Assembly: GCA_016713445.1 (NCBI GenBank)
Contig: JADJPB010000001.1
Span: 726,572 to 790,571, forward strand
DNA: 64,000 bases
Origin: Bacteroidota bacterium
GTDB lineage: Bacteria; Bacteroidota; Bacteroidia; AKYH767-A; OLB10
Direction: 5' to 3'
Below are positions 1 to 9,990 of this stretch, in pieces. Each line of letters opens with the position of its first letter. Position 1 is the stretch's first letter. The position numbers were made by a program, and so were the translations under genes. The notes below the pieces were generated by a model. That model was not told the origin of the DNA and searched no databases. It was given only the letters and a program-made list of their open reading frames with translations.

Positions 1-1
1 C

Positions 2-256
2 TGGACAGGTCTGCAATCGATTGATCTAAATGACATCACAATTTGGCCCAACCCTATCCAAAATTATTTTCAATTTAGCGCAAAGAAGCAAATAAATGAA
101 TTCACCATTTACGACAGCAGAGGCAAGTTAATTCTGAGTGAAAATGTTAATGCGGTGGAAGGCAGAATAGAATTTGATATACTCTCAGCCGGAATTTATT
201 TTGCTGTTTTTAGGAGGGAGAGGGATTTCTCGGTGCAGAAGTTTTTGAAATTTTAG
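2..256 (+). CDS. 3' end of a T9SS-secreted protein (C-terminal sorting domain only; gene continues upstream of the window)
   Basis: Frame 2 translates to ...WPNPIQNYFQFSAKKQINEFTIYDSRGKLILSENVNAVEGRIEFDILSAGIYFAVFRRERDFSVQKFLKF*, a typical Por/T9SS CTD pattern; stop TAG at 254-256. Confidence 0.6.
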   Translation, partial: WTGLQSIDLNDITIWPNPIQNYFQFSAKKQINEFTIYDSRGKLILSENVNAVEGRIEFDILSAGIYFAVFRRERDFSVQKFLKF

Positions 257-452
257 AGATAAAAAAACGCGCAGAGATAATTCTGTAGATAACCTAATTT
301 ATTTGTAACCTCGCCATTTATGGCGACGTTACCATTTGGATTTTAACTTTCAGTCTATCTGCTATTTTTGTTGAATCCTTAAGCTAGCTTAACATCGATT
401 CGATAAACCCTCGGAATAGGAACAAGTAATTATTTTTAATTCAATGAATTCC

Positions 453-1588
453 CTATTTCTTGAATATCGTAAAATATTCTTCGAATAGGAAAATTCTATT
501 TCTCTTAAATCCTGTTGCTTCTTTCAAGATTCCTTTAGTGATAAAATCATTTAGTAGTTTGTAACTCGATACCAATGACAAGCCCGTTGCTTTAGAAACA
601 TCCTCTGCATCTAAAACGGGTTGTTGAAATAAATAATCGAGCAGTACTTTTGCTACTTTGATCCTTTTTCCCAAAAGATAAATTCGATTTTCTTCGCATT
701 CTTTCTTGAGTTCAAGAATGGCTTGCAAGGAATTGATTGAACTTTGACTTGTTGCAATGACACCTTTCATGAAAAAAATTAGCCATCTACTTAGCTCATT
801 TTTCTCTCTTACTTGAGAGAGACAATCGAAATATTCCGTTCTGTTCTTTTCGAAATAGTCAGACAAATACAAAACAGGCTTTTTCAATACTGCATTGTCT
901 ACCAAGTAAAGGGTGATGAGCAATCTTCCCAATCTGCCATTCCCATCTAAAAAGGATGTATCGTCTCAAATTGATAATGTGCCAATGCAATCTTCATCAC
1001 ATGAGTTAATCCAGTATCGGTGTTATTCAGAAATTTTTCCAAATCACCCATTAATGAATTTACTTCTTGATGTATGGGTGGAATAAAGCTGCATTTTTTA
1101 GATTGCTCCCCTATCCAGTTTTGACTTCTACGATATTCACCAGGAAGTTTGTTTTCACCTCTTACACTTTGCATCAAATCAAAATGTACTTGTTTAAATA
1201 TTCTGGTAGAAAGCGGTAGTTTTGCTAACCCATTCAGTGCATTATTCATAGCGGCTACATAGTTATTCACTTCTTTCCAATCATCTCTCAACTCTGGTCT
1301 TATATCACTCTCCTTGTAAAGTGCTTCCTCCATGTTAGTTTGTGTACCTTCTATTCTACTGGAAATGGTTGCCTCTTTCAAGACATACATCCGAATAAAA
1401 TGGTCAATATTTGGCACCAATGAAGAATAGGCATCAAGTTGTCCTAATGCATGAACAGCTTGCTCCGACAACTTAGTCAACTCACGATTATCCCATGAAT
1501 AGATATTGTTTATTAATTGTGGATTAAATGACTTATATTCAATCTGATTAATAAATTTACCAGCGATAAATTTTTCTATCTTTAGCAT
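453..1588 (-). CDS. Fic/DOC family protein, split by a -1 frameshift at an A5 run (949-953, plus strand)
   Basis: The 213-aa ORF ends ...IHPF and the next ORF starts (L)DGNGRLGRLLITLYLV. Together they make the Fic HPFx(D/E)GNGR motif, which is restored by adding one base to the homopolymer. Confidence 0.8.
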
Positions 1589-1940
1589 TCTTCAAAGTTA
1601 ATTATAAGTTTTCATATTTAAGTTAATACCAGTAAAATTAATTAAGAAAATCCATATTTAACTTTACTGTGAATGCCAATCACTGCAGAAAAGAACTTAT
1701 TTAGGTTCAAAATTCAATAATGAGACTTGTAATAACTTTAGTTAAAGGCTTCACAAAAACTTTCAGTTTGATTTTTGCTATTCAACTAATTTTGCTAATT
1801 TTACAAGTAGCTTTCATTCAGTCAATTACATCCATCAACAAAAACACCCAATTGTTAAAAACATTGCAAATTCCCTTGTTGATGCCAATAAGCTTTCTTA
1901 TCTTTGCCCTCCTTAAAAAGTATATAAGCGGAAAAATATC

Positions 1941-2209
1941 ATGCTGTTAACATCTGAAGCGAAGAAAGCTATCTTCAAAAAACACGGTCAAAGTGAATCA
2001 AATACAGGTCATTCTGAAGGACAAATTGCAATGTTCACAGAGTGTATTAACCACCCAACCGAGCATTTAAAAACTTTAAAAAGGATTTCTCTACAGAGCG
2101 TTCTTTGATTAGTTTAGTAGGTAAACGTCGTAGTTTATTGGATTATCTTCATAAAAAAGATATCACTCGTTACAGAGCAATCATCAAAGAACTCGGTATA
2201 CGTAAGTAA
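1941..2209 (+). CDS. rpsO: 30S ribosomal protein S15, interrupted by a 1-bp deletion in an A run (2078-2082)
   Basis: MLLTSEAKKAIFKKHGQSESNTGHSEGQIAMFTECINHPTEHLKTLK then, after a +1 shift, KDFSTERSLISLVGKRRSLLDYLHKKDITRYRAIIKELGIRK*. Length is 89 aa if corrected; it lies upstream of pnp as in most bacteria. Confidence 0.85.
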
Positions 2210-2230
2210 TAGCCTCGAGCAGGCATCTCA

Positions 2231-2262
2231 TAAAAAGGCAATCTTCGAATTGCCTTTTTTTA
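2231..2262 (+). terminator. rho-independent terminator after rpsO
   Basis: aaggcaatcttcgaattgcctt hairpin followed by a T run. Confidence 0.6.
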
Positions 2263-2418
2263 TTTTTATAAAATCGTGTTTTTAAAATGAACCTTAAATC
2301 AAAGGTTGTTTTTAATGGAGTGAATACGGTTTTTTATCTCTTTCTTGGTGAGTAACGCCTCTAAGGAATTCCAAAATTGATCTATATAAAGTCTATAAAT
2401 AATTAAAGCTGTCAAAAA

Positions 2419-4570
2419 ATGCAACCAAAAGCTATTACCGTTTCATCTCCTCTATCCAATGGTAGGGAGATAATTATTGAAACCGGCCGACTTGCTAAGC
2501 AAGCGCACGGTTCTGTTGTTGTCCGCCAGGGCAATTGTATGTTACTCGCCACTGTCGTATCGTCTCAAGATGCGAAAGAAGGTGTTGATTTCCTTCCTTT
2601 AACTGTTGATTATCAAGAGAAATTTGCTGCCGCTGGTCGTATCCCCGGATCTTTCTTCCGACGTGAAGCTCGTCCAACAGAGCAGGAAATTTTAATTTGC
2701 CGTTTGATCGATCGCGCCATGCGCCCTATTTTCCCTTCCGATTATCACGCCGATATCCAAATCGCAGTGACTTTAATTTCTGCTGATATGGAAGTGTCTC
2801 CTGATAGCCTCGCTTGTCTAGCCGCTTCTGCTGCCGTAAGTATTTCCGATATTCCTTTTAACGGTCCAGTTTCTGAAGTTCGCGTTTGTAGAATAAACGG
2901 AACTTTTATGGTAAACCCTACCATCACTGAAGCAAAAGAAGCCGATATCGACCTGATTGTCGCCGGTACTGCGAAGGATATTTTAATGGTAGAAGGAGAA
3001 TGTAAAGAGGTGGACGAGAAGGACATGGCAGAAGCAATTAAAGTAGCACAAGAAGCTATTTTAATTCAATGCAAAGCCCAAGAAGAATTAGTGGCAAAGG
3101 TGGGTGTTACTAAACGTACCTATAGCCATGAAACACACGATGAAGAATTAAGAGAGCGTGTTACGAAGGCTTGCTACGATGGTGTTTATGCCGCAGCTCG
3201 TCAATGTAATCCCAATAAGAATGAGCGTAAAGTAGCTTTCAAAAAAGTGTTGGAAGATTTCTTGGCAACCATGAGTGAAGAAGAACGTGCTACTCAGGAG
3301 AAGTTGGTGAAGACTTATTATCACGATGTTGAGTTTGATGCCATGCGCGATATGATTCTAAAAGAGCGTATCCGTTTAGATGGTCGTGGTTTGACCGATA
3401 TCCGTCCAATCTGGAGTGAAATCGGTTACCTCCCTTCTGCTCACGGATCAGCGGTATTTACCCGTGGTGAGACGCAATCTTTAACTACGGTTACATTAGG
3501 AACGAAGTTGGATGAGCAATTGGTGGATCAAGCGATGGAAAAAGGATCAAATAATTTTATGTTACATTATAATTTTCCTGGTTTCAGCACCGGCGAAGTG
3601 AAGCCTAACCGTGGAACAAGTCGTCGTGAAGTGGGTCATGGTAACCTCGCTCACCGTTCTATTCGTCAAGTATTACCTGCTGAAGATTTGAATCCTTATA
3701 CCATCCGTATCGTTTCTGATATCTTAGAATCGAATGGTTCTTCGTCAATGGCTACAGTTTGTGCTGCGAGTTTATCGTTGATGGATGCAGGTATCAAAAT
3801 CACTGCTCCTATCTCAGGTATTGCTATGGGATTAATCACCGATGGTAAAGGAAATTTTGCTGTATTGAGTGATATCCTGGGCGATGAAGATCATTTGGGC
3901 GATATGGATTTCAAAGTTACAGGTACAGCTAAAGGAATTTGTGCGTGCCAGATGGATTTGAAGGTGGATGGACTTCCTTATGAAATCTTGATGGAAGCTT
4001 TGAATCAAGCACGCGCTGGACGTTTACATATCCTAGGAGAAATGAACAAGACGATCGCTGCGCCTGCAGAAGATTATAAGCCACATGCTCCAAGAATTGT
4101 GAAGTTACGTGTAGCGAAAGAATACATCGGTGCGATTATCGGACCAGGTGGAAAAATCATTCAGGAAATCCAACGTGTTACAGGCACTACCATCACTATT
4201 GAAGAGATCAATAACGAAGGTCATGTTGAGATTGCTTCTCCAGATAAAGCGTGTATCGATGCGGCTTTGGCTCGTATTCGTGGTATCGTTACAGAACCTG
4301 AAGTGGGTGAAGTGTACGATGGAAAAGTAAAGACCATTACAACTTTCGGGGCGTTCGTTGAGTTTTATGCCTGGTAAAGATGGACTTCTTCATATCTCTG
4401 AAATTTCTAACGAGCGCCTTGCTTCTATGGATGGCGTATTAAAAGAAGGGGATCCCATCCAAGTGAAATTAATTGAGATAGATAAGAAAACTGGTAAGTA
4501 TCGCTTGTCACGTAAGGTTTTGTTGACTAATCGTCCGGAAAGAACAACTCCAGCCGAAAACCAAGCTTAG
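2419..4570 (+). CDS. pnp: polyribonucleotide nucleotidyltransferase (PNPase), frameshifted near the S1 domain (extra T in the T run at 4364-4367)
   Basis: Two RNase PH domains, a KH domain and an S1 domain (…[20 protein letters not shown] | [18 protein letters not shown]…). The 652-aa and 70-aa ORFs join when one T is removed. Confidence 0.9.
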
Positions 4571-4596
4571 TCATATACCTAATTAAATTATTGAAA

Positions 4597-4632
4597 GCCT
4601 GCTAGTTATAGTGGGCTTTCTTTTTTTTCATT
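4597..4632 (+). terminator. rho-independent terminator after pnp
   Basis: aaagcctgctagttatagtgggcttt stem followed by T8. Confidence 0.55.
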
Positions 4633-4802
4633 CCACTTATATGGAATGTAATATAATCCCCTTAACTTTCCATTTCCCTTCATGTTTTTTAGTATTCGAC
4701 CATACTTTTCTAAACCTTACATGCTAATCACATCTTCCAAAAAAGATATCGCAACCACGAGCAATCAACCCTCGTTACGAAGCCATAATCTTTGAAAAAA
4801 TA

Positions 4803-5666
4803 ATGAGACAGTTAAAAATTACCAAGCAAGTCACTAATCGCGAAACCGCATCTTTAGATAAGTACTTGCAGGAAATTGGAAAGGTAGAATTACTGAAACC
4901 GGAAGAAGAAGTAAGTTTAGCAAGACGTATTAGAGAAGGTGATCGAACCGCTTTAGAACGCTTAACAAAGGCAAACTTGCGTTTCGTGGTTTCGGTAGCT
5001 AAGCAATACCAAAACCAAGGGTTAACATTAGGCGATTTGATTAATGAAGGAAACTTAGGACTTATTAAAGCAGCTCAACGTTTTGATGAAACCCGTGGAT
5101 TCAAATTCATTTCCTATGCTGTTTGGTGGATTCGTCAAAGTATTCTTCAAGCATTAGCTGAACAAGCCCGTATTGTTCGGTTACCCTTAAATAAGATTGG
5201 ATTTATCAATAAAATCAATCGCGCCTTTGCCAAGTTGGAGCAAGAATTTGAGCGCGAACCTACTAATGAGGAATTATCTACAATATTAAATATCTCTGTA
5301 GATGATGTGATGGATACTATGCGTTCTTCTGGCAGACATGTATCTATGGATGCACCTTTAATTCAAGGAGAAGATGGAACGTTAATGGATCTTATGCCTG
5401 GCGAGGAAGTAGCACCATCTCCAGAAAATAATTTAATTACCGAGTCATTGCGTCGCGAAATTGAACGTGCATTGTATACGCTGACTCCTCGTGAAGCGGA
5501 TGTGATTCGCCTATACTTTGGTCTGAACGATTCTCCCATGACCTTAGAAGAGATCGGAGAGCGTTTTGAATTGACTCGTGAGCGCGTACGTCAAATCAAA
5601 GAAAAAGCCATTCGCCGATTGAAACATACATCAAGAAGCAAAATCCTAAGAACCTACTTAGGATAA
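4803..5666 (+). CDS. rpoD: primary sigma factor, Bacteroidota short form of sigma-70 (287 aa)
   Basis: [27 protein letters not shown]… with regions 2-4 and the [28 protein letters not shown] helix-turn-helix. A TAATCTTTG (-7 TAnnTTTG-like) element lies about 15 bp upstream of the ATG. Confidence 0.9.
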   Translation: MRQLKITKQVTNRETASLDKYLQEIGKVELLKPEEEVSLARRIREGDRTALERLTKANLRFVVSVAKQYQNQGLTLGDLINEGNLGLIKAAQRFDETRGFKFISYAVWWIRQSILQALAEQARIVRLPLNKIGFINKINRAFAKLEQEFEREPTNEELSTILNISVDDVMDTMRSSGRHVSMDAPLIQGEDGTLMDLMPGEEVAPSPENNLITESLRREIERALYTLTPREADVIRLYFGLNDSPMTLEEIGERFELTRERVRQIKEKAIRRLKHTSRSKILRTYLG

Positions 5667-5759
5667 AAGATACGCATTTTGGGTTTAGTAAATGATCCTC
5701 GTAGTTCAATCTGCGGGGATTTTTTATGGACGACGGGGGTTGTTTTGTGCTGCGGGGCC

Positions 5760-6060
5760 CCGGGGGGGTACGGATATCGGCATCATTATCGGATACTCGA
5801 TTCTGAACGAATATGAGATTGGAAATCGAGCATCAGATCAGTATCGAGATATCGAGCATCAATTATCGGAAATCGAGCATCGAACATCGGAAATCGAATA
5901 TCAAGTATCGGAAATCGAGCATCCAGAATCCAGAATCGAGTATCGAGTATCGAGCATCAATTATCGGAAATCGAGCATCGAACATCGGAAATCGAATATC
6001 AAGTATCGGAAATCGAGCATCCAGAATCCAGAATCGAGTATCGGATATCGAACGGTAAAC
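5760..6060. repeat. microsatellite-like tandem array of 6-8-bp ATCGAG/ATCGGA units, including two long duplicated blocks, upstream of a four-helix-bundle gene
   Basis: atcgagcatcgaacatcggaaatcgaatatcaagtatcggaaatcgagcatccagaatccagaatcgagtatcg occurs twice; the array has no stops in two frames, which creates the artefactual long ORFs 5692.. and 5813..6058. Confidence 0.8.
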
Positions 6061-6120
6061 ACTTATAGTCGTTTAAATACGAGTAATAAGAAATTATCAT
6101 GGAGCTTTGCAAAAAAAAAT

Positions 6121-6498
6121 ATGGTTAATTTTAAAAAATTAGTAATTTGGAATGAAAGTCTATTGCTTACTAAAGAAATTTATAAATTAAGTGCTGATTT
6201 TCCACGTGACGAAAAATATGGATTGACTAGTCAAATAAGAAGGGCGGTAGTTTCAATCCCATCAAACATTTCTGAGGGAAGCTCCAGAAAGTCGAGGAAA
6301 GAATTTTCACACTTTCTTGATATTGCTTTAGGTTCAAGTTATGAATTAAAAACACAGCTAACTATTGCTCAAGAATTAGGAATATTGAAAATTTCTGAAA
6401 CTAGCGTAATCTTAGATAAATTGAACAAAATCCAAGCTTCAATCAGCTCATACAATAAAAAATTGCTTTTAGACTCAGGAAAAGGCAAACTGAATTGA
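6121..6498 (+). CDS. four-helix-bundle protein (TIGR02436 / 23S rRNA IVS protein family; fold relative of DGR Avd)
   Basis: MVNFKKLVIWNESLLLTKEIYKLSADFPRDEKYGLTSQIRRAVVSIPSNISEGSSRKSRKEFSHFLDIALGSSYELKTQLTIAQELGIL…, about 125 aa, the typical family size. The reading frame upstream of this ATG is a translation of the repeats. Confidence 0.8.
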   Translation: MVNFKKLVIWNESLLLTKEIYKLSADFPRDEKYGLTSQIRRAVVSIPSNISEGSSRKSRKEFSHFLDIALGSSYELKTQLTIAQELGILKISETSVILDKLNKIQASISSYNKKLLLDSGKGKLN

Positions 6499-6564
6499 GC
6501 GGACACACTAAATTGTATAATTAAGCAAGGTCAAACCTACTTCCATCAAGTATAGGAGGTCAAA

Positions 6565-6795
6565 TATCGAGCATCGAGTATCGGAAATCAAGTATCGAGC
6601 ATCGAGTGTCGGAAATCAAGTATCGGATATCTAGTATCGGAAATCAAGAATCGAGCATCGAGTATCGGAAATCAAGTATCGAGCATCGAGTGTCGGAAAT
6701 CAAGTATCGGATATCTAGTATCGGAAATCAAGAATCGAGCATCGAGTATCGGAAATCAAGGATACAACATCAAGTATCGGAAATCAAGAATCCAT
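6565..6795. repeat. second tandem array of ATCGAG/ATCGGAAATCAAG units (a roughly 84-bp higher-order unit, two copies plus partials) downstream of the four-helix-bundle gene
   Basis: gtatcgagcatcgagtgtcggaaatcaagtatcggatatctagtatcggaaatcaagaatcgagcatcgagtatcggaaatcaa is repeated; same motif family as 5760-6060. Confidence 0.8.
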
Positions 6796-6864
6796 CGAAA
6801 GTCTAGTTGCTTGACAAATAATTCCATTTTTTTACGAAATTTGCCTTAAAGCCCTTCTCACATT

Positions 6865-7528
6865 ATGTCTGTACTCATTGCCCCTTCAGTCTTATCAGCC
6901 GATTTCGGAAATCTCGAGAGAGATATTAAAATGATTAATGACAGTAAAGCCGATTGGTTTCATGTGGATGTGATGGACGGAGTTTTTGTTCCCAATATTT
7001 CTTTCGGATTCCCTGTATTGAAAGCGGTAAAGAAGCATGCACGCAAGCCGCTGGATGTGCATTTGATGATTGTTAATCCCGATCAGTATTTAGCTGCTTT
7101 TGCAGATGCTGGTGCATCCATTATTTCGGTGCATTACGAAGCTTGCACGCATTTACACCGCACGATTCAAAAAATGCGTCAGTTAGGTATCTTAGCGGGT
7201 GTGGCGATTAATCCATACTCCTGTGAATGTATTGTCAGAAGTTATTTCAGCGATTGACGTGGTGGTACTGATGTCGGTGAACCCAGGCTTCGGCGGACAA
7301 AGTTTTATTCGCAATACCTTCAGTAAAACTGAAGAATTGAAAAATCTCATCATTCAGAAAAATTCAGGAGCCAAAATTGAAATTGATGGCGGCGTAGATC
7401 TAAAAAATGCATCTGAATTAGTACGTTGTGGTGCCGATATTTTGGTAGCCGGAAACACAGTGTTTAGTTCTACGTCTCCTTCTAATACGATTGCGATTTT
7501 GAAGGAAGCGTCGACACAGACGGCATAA
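6865..7528 (+). CDS. rpe: ribulose-phosphate 3-epimerase, split by a 1-bp deletion (CC for CCC at 7213-7214)
   Basis: MSVLIAPSVLSADFGNLERD…VHLMIVNPDQY…GVAINP | (H)TPVNVLSEVISAIDVVVLMSVNPGFGGQSF… is a full-length Rpe when one C is restored. Confidence 0.85.
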
Positions 7529-7559
7529 TAAATCCGTATTCTATTTTTTGCGGGCAAGT

Positions 7560-7700
7560 CATTATAAGAAGCCGCTGAGTTTCTCTTCGCCTAATGTGTT
7601 CTCGCAAAGTCGCTAAGAGCGCTAAGTTTCTCTTCGCTAAATTTCCCATCGATAGTTTCTCTTCGCAATTCTTTCTCGCTCGCGAGGCTTCGCGACCTCG
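7560..7700. repeat. intergenic direct repeats (GTTTCTCTTCGC x3) followed by the palindromic 16-mer TCGCGAGGCTTCGCGA
   Basis: gagtttctcttcgcc / aagtttctcttcgct / tagtttctcttcgca; the 16-mer at 7680-7695 recurs identically at 57629-57644. Confidence 0.5.
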
Positions 7701-8037
7701 GCAAGCTCAGGTTAAAAAGGCGCAGGGCGCAAAGTTTTCACTTACTCTTTTCATAGAATTTAAAGACAAAAATTAAGATTAAATGCTTGAATTATTTTAT
7801 GTAAAGAACTGAACTCTGAGATCTCCGTGAAAACCTCTGTGCACTCTGTGGTAAAAGAGGATCCGAATTAGAATCGTAATTTAATTACAACCAAAATAAA
7901 TTTCTAAATATGCATACAATCATTTTGTCTTAAGTAACTTTGCATAACTACTTTTGTCTCATAGAGACATCCTACTTCCTTTTCTAGAATCAAATTAAAG
8001 ATATGCTCATCAAAGTACTATTTTAATAGATTTCAAA

Positions 8038-9243
8038 TTAATCCGCCACATAATCACTCAAATATTCGAAGTGAGGCATGAGCTTTCCTTCTTTTGCAAT
8101 GGTAGCTCTTTGAATGAGTCCTTCATCGTTCCCTACCAATTGTGGAATTACGCGCTCTAGTAAATGCTTTCCAAATCCATCCGATGCATCACGTGGTAAT
8201 TCACAAGGCAAATTGTCTATAGCCATCACCGTTATAGTACTAGGAGCAAAAGCTTCGTCTATCTCTTCCGTGTTGGGATTGTAACCATAAAATTTATCTT
8301 CAATGGTTGTTGCTTTTATAGTGGATGGAATACTTCCATTCATATCGCAAGTAACATCGGCAATTACACTGATGTGAAATTTAGGATTACGCATTTGTTC
8401 AACTGTAAACAAAACCGGTGCTTTAGGATCCCAAAAAGTGCAATGGATTAATAAATCACAATAACTGGCAAATGAATTTCCCGTGGCAAAATGGCAATCA
8501 AATTTATCGGGGTGATGGTAAAACATCGATTTACTGAAATCGGATCCGTCTTTTGCTTTGTAATAATCTTCAGAATGCAGTTGGACATAAACCGGCTCTC
8601 GGAATGAATAATTTAAAAATTCAAATGCAGTAACTTTTCGAATACCCAATACACCCAAAGTTTCCATCGCTCCATTAGCTACTCTTCCTCCTCCGGTAAC
8701 TACAATTTTAAGATTCGGTAAATTGATTCGCTCCAACTCTTTAAAAACTTCCTTCTTATCATGACAAAGATGCGCGGGTTTAATATTAAAAAGGCCATAT
8801 TTCAATCCATATGCCATGATTCCATTATATGCCCCTACTAATCCAGCAAAACGACCAAAGCCGATTACCCGATTCTCATGCTGATCAACCATACATTCAT
8901 AGTCTATCATCTGGATTTTTTTCGCGATTATAGCTCTCAACAATTCACGATTATGTTTTTGCTTCTTGATGGTATGTGAAAAGAAAAGATATTTCTTTCC
9001 GGGAATTAAGAAATCCGTGGGAACTTCTTTTACGCCGATTAAAATATCGCAATCGCTTAAATCTTCCTGCAAGTTAATAGCATGCATTTTATATTCCTCA
9101 TTGGTAAAGCAGCGATGATCGCTTGGTTGCACCACTAATTGTACGCCTGGAAATTCTTTCAATAAAGCTTTACATTGTAAAGGTGTAAAAGCAACACGTT
9201 TATCGTGTGGTATCTTCTCTTCTCTGATCAATCCAATTTTCAT
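8038..9243 (-). CDS. AlaDH/PNT-family NAD-dependent oxidoreductase (alanine or saccharopine dehydrogenase-like)
   Basis: 401 aa; NAD-binding glycine-rich segment VVTGGGRVANGAMETLGVLGIRKV; intact ORF. Confidence 0.55.
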   Translation of the reverse strand: MKIGLIREEKIPHDKRVAFTPLQCKALLKEFPGVQLVVQPSDHRCFTNEEYKMHAINLQEDLSDCDILIGVKEVPTDFLIPGKKYLFFSHTIKKQKHNRELLRAIIAKKIQMIDYECMVDQHENRVIGFGRFAGLVGAYNGIMAYGLKYGLFNIKPAHLCHDKKEVFKELERINLPNLKIVVTGGGRVANGAMETLGVLGIRKVTAFEFLNYSFREPVYVQLHSEDYYKAKDGSDFSKSMFYHHPDKFDCHFATGNSFASYCDLLIHCTFWDPKAPVLFTVEQMRNPKFHISVIADVTCDMNGSIPSTIKATTIEDKFYGYNPNTEEIDEAFAPSTITVMAIDNLPCELPRDASDGFGKHLLERVIPQLVGNDEGLIQRATIAKEGKLMPHFEYLSDYVAD

Positions 9244-9314
9244 GGGGCAAAAGTAGGGTAATTAGAGACAATTAATCTATGAAAACAACATATTTTCTTA
9301 CTTAAAGCATCAAA

Positions 9315-9662
9315 TTAACCTTTGAAACAGCCGTGTTCATCGTCTTCTATTAATCTCACAAAATCGCTTAAATTTTTAATAGGATTCTTCGTTGGATAGT
9401 TATCCCAATTTAAGCTGGAACGCATCCAATATACTTTCCATGTTTTGTGTCTCCTAATAAAAGTTGTTTTTGCAAAATCAAACTGGATGAAAATTTCTGG
9501 ATTTTCAAAATTAGGGCAAATTTCAAAAATAATAACACTCAGCTTTTCAATTCTATACCCTATGTCCAATTTAGGCCGGATGTGTTCTGGCGGACGAATT
9601 TGAACCATATAGGCTTCCATTGTTTCAATAATTTCGAGCATTTCTGTTGGAGTAAATCCCAT
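9315..9662 (-). CDS. hypothetical protein (115 aa)
   Basis: Intact ORF; no motif I recognise. Confidence 0.4.
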   Translation of the reverse strand: MGFTPTEMLEIIETMEAYMVQIRPPEHIRPKLDIGYRIEKLSVIIFEICPNFENPEIFIQFDFAKTTFIRRHKTWKVYWMRSSLNWDNYPTKNPIKNLSDFVRLIEDDEHGCFKG

Positions 9663-9795
9663 TTCTTAGCAAATTTTAATTGTTAATTTAGTTCAGATTT
9701 TATTGAACATTTGATTCGATTTTAAAATCCAATTTTAAGAAAGTCAATTGTTTTTTAGATAAACAGTATCAAAGTTAACCTTCACTGTAGTTATG

Positions 9796-9990
9796 GTTAA
9801 CAAATTTAACCTTAATCAAGGCTAAAGTTAACAAAGTTAACCTTCGCTAGGGCTTCAGTTAACAAAGTTAACCTTCGCTAGGGCTTCAGTTAACAAAGTT
9901 AACCTTCGCTAGGCTTCAGTTAACAAAGTTAACCTTCGCTAGGGCTTCAGTTAACAAAGTTAACCTTCGCTAGGGCTTCAGTTAACAAAG
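9796..9990. repeat. about 6.3 tandem copies of a 31-bp unit GTTAACAAAGTTAACCTTCGCTAGGGCTTCA (two HpaI-type palindromes per unit)
   Basis: One degenerate first copy then five near-perfect copies; one copy lacks a G (ggg to gg). The last partial copy supplies the final codons (…F-V-N-stop) of the cyclase gene on the minus strand. Confidence 0.9.

Noticed and set aside
1720-1950. 76-aa hydrophobic ORF immediately upstream of rpsO
   Set aside because: No recognisable features, and it overlaps the rpsO start region. It is more likely the rpsO leader/promoter than a gene. Kept as uncertain rather than called.
2495-3026. Antisense ORFs inside pnp (and similar small antisense ORFs inside copA, ccmF, recQ, the cytochrome, the SDR and the 51637 gene)
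   Set aside because: They are embedded in well-supported larger genes on the opposite strand. Chance ORFs.
4803-5666. Treating the first sigma factor as an ECF or alternative sigma
   Set aside because: Full regions 2-4 with the Bacteroidota sigma-A N-terminus ([14 protein letters not shown]…) and size 287 aa identify it as the primary-type factor.
5692-6120. N-terminal 140-aa extension of the 268-aa ORF, plus ORFs 5813-6058 and 6606-6806 with IEHRxSEIEY-type periodic sequence
   Set aside because: These are frame-open translations of the ATCGAG microsatellite. The real four-helix-bundle gene starts at ATG 6121, the family-typical length.
7594-7776. 60-aa ORF across the GTTTCTCTTCGC repeats
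   Set aside because: It lies wholly within a repeat/palindrome patch downstream of rpe. Likely non-coding.
9796-9990. CRISPR array (also considered for 53073-54735)
   Set aside because: Units are contiguous with no unique spacers (9796-9990) or are 130-375 bp composite units that are all repeated (53073-54735). There are no cas genes in the window.
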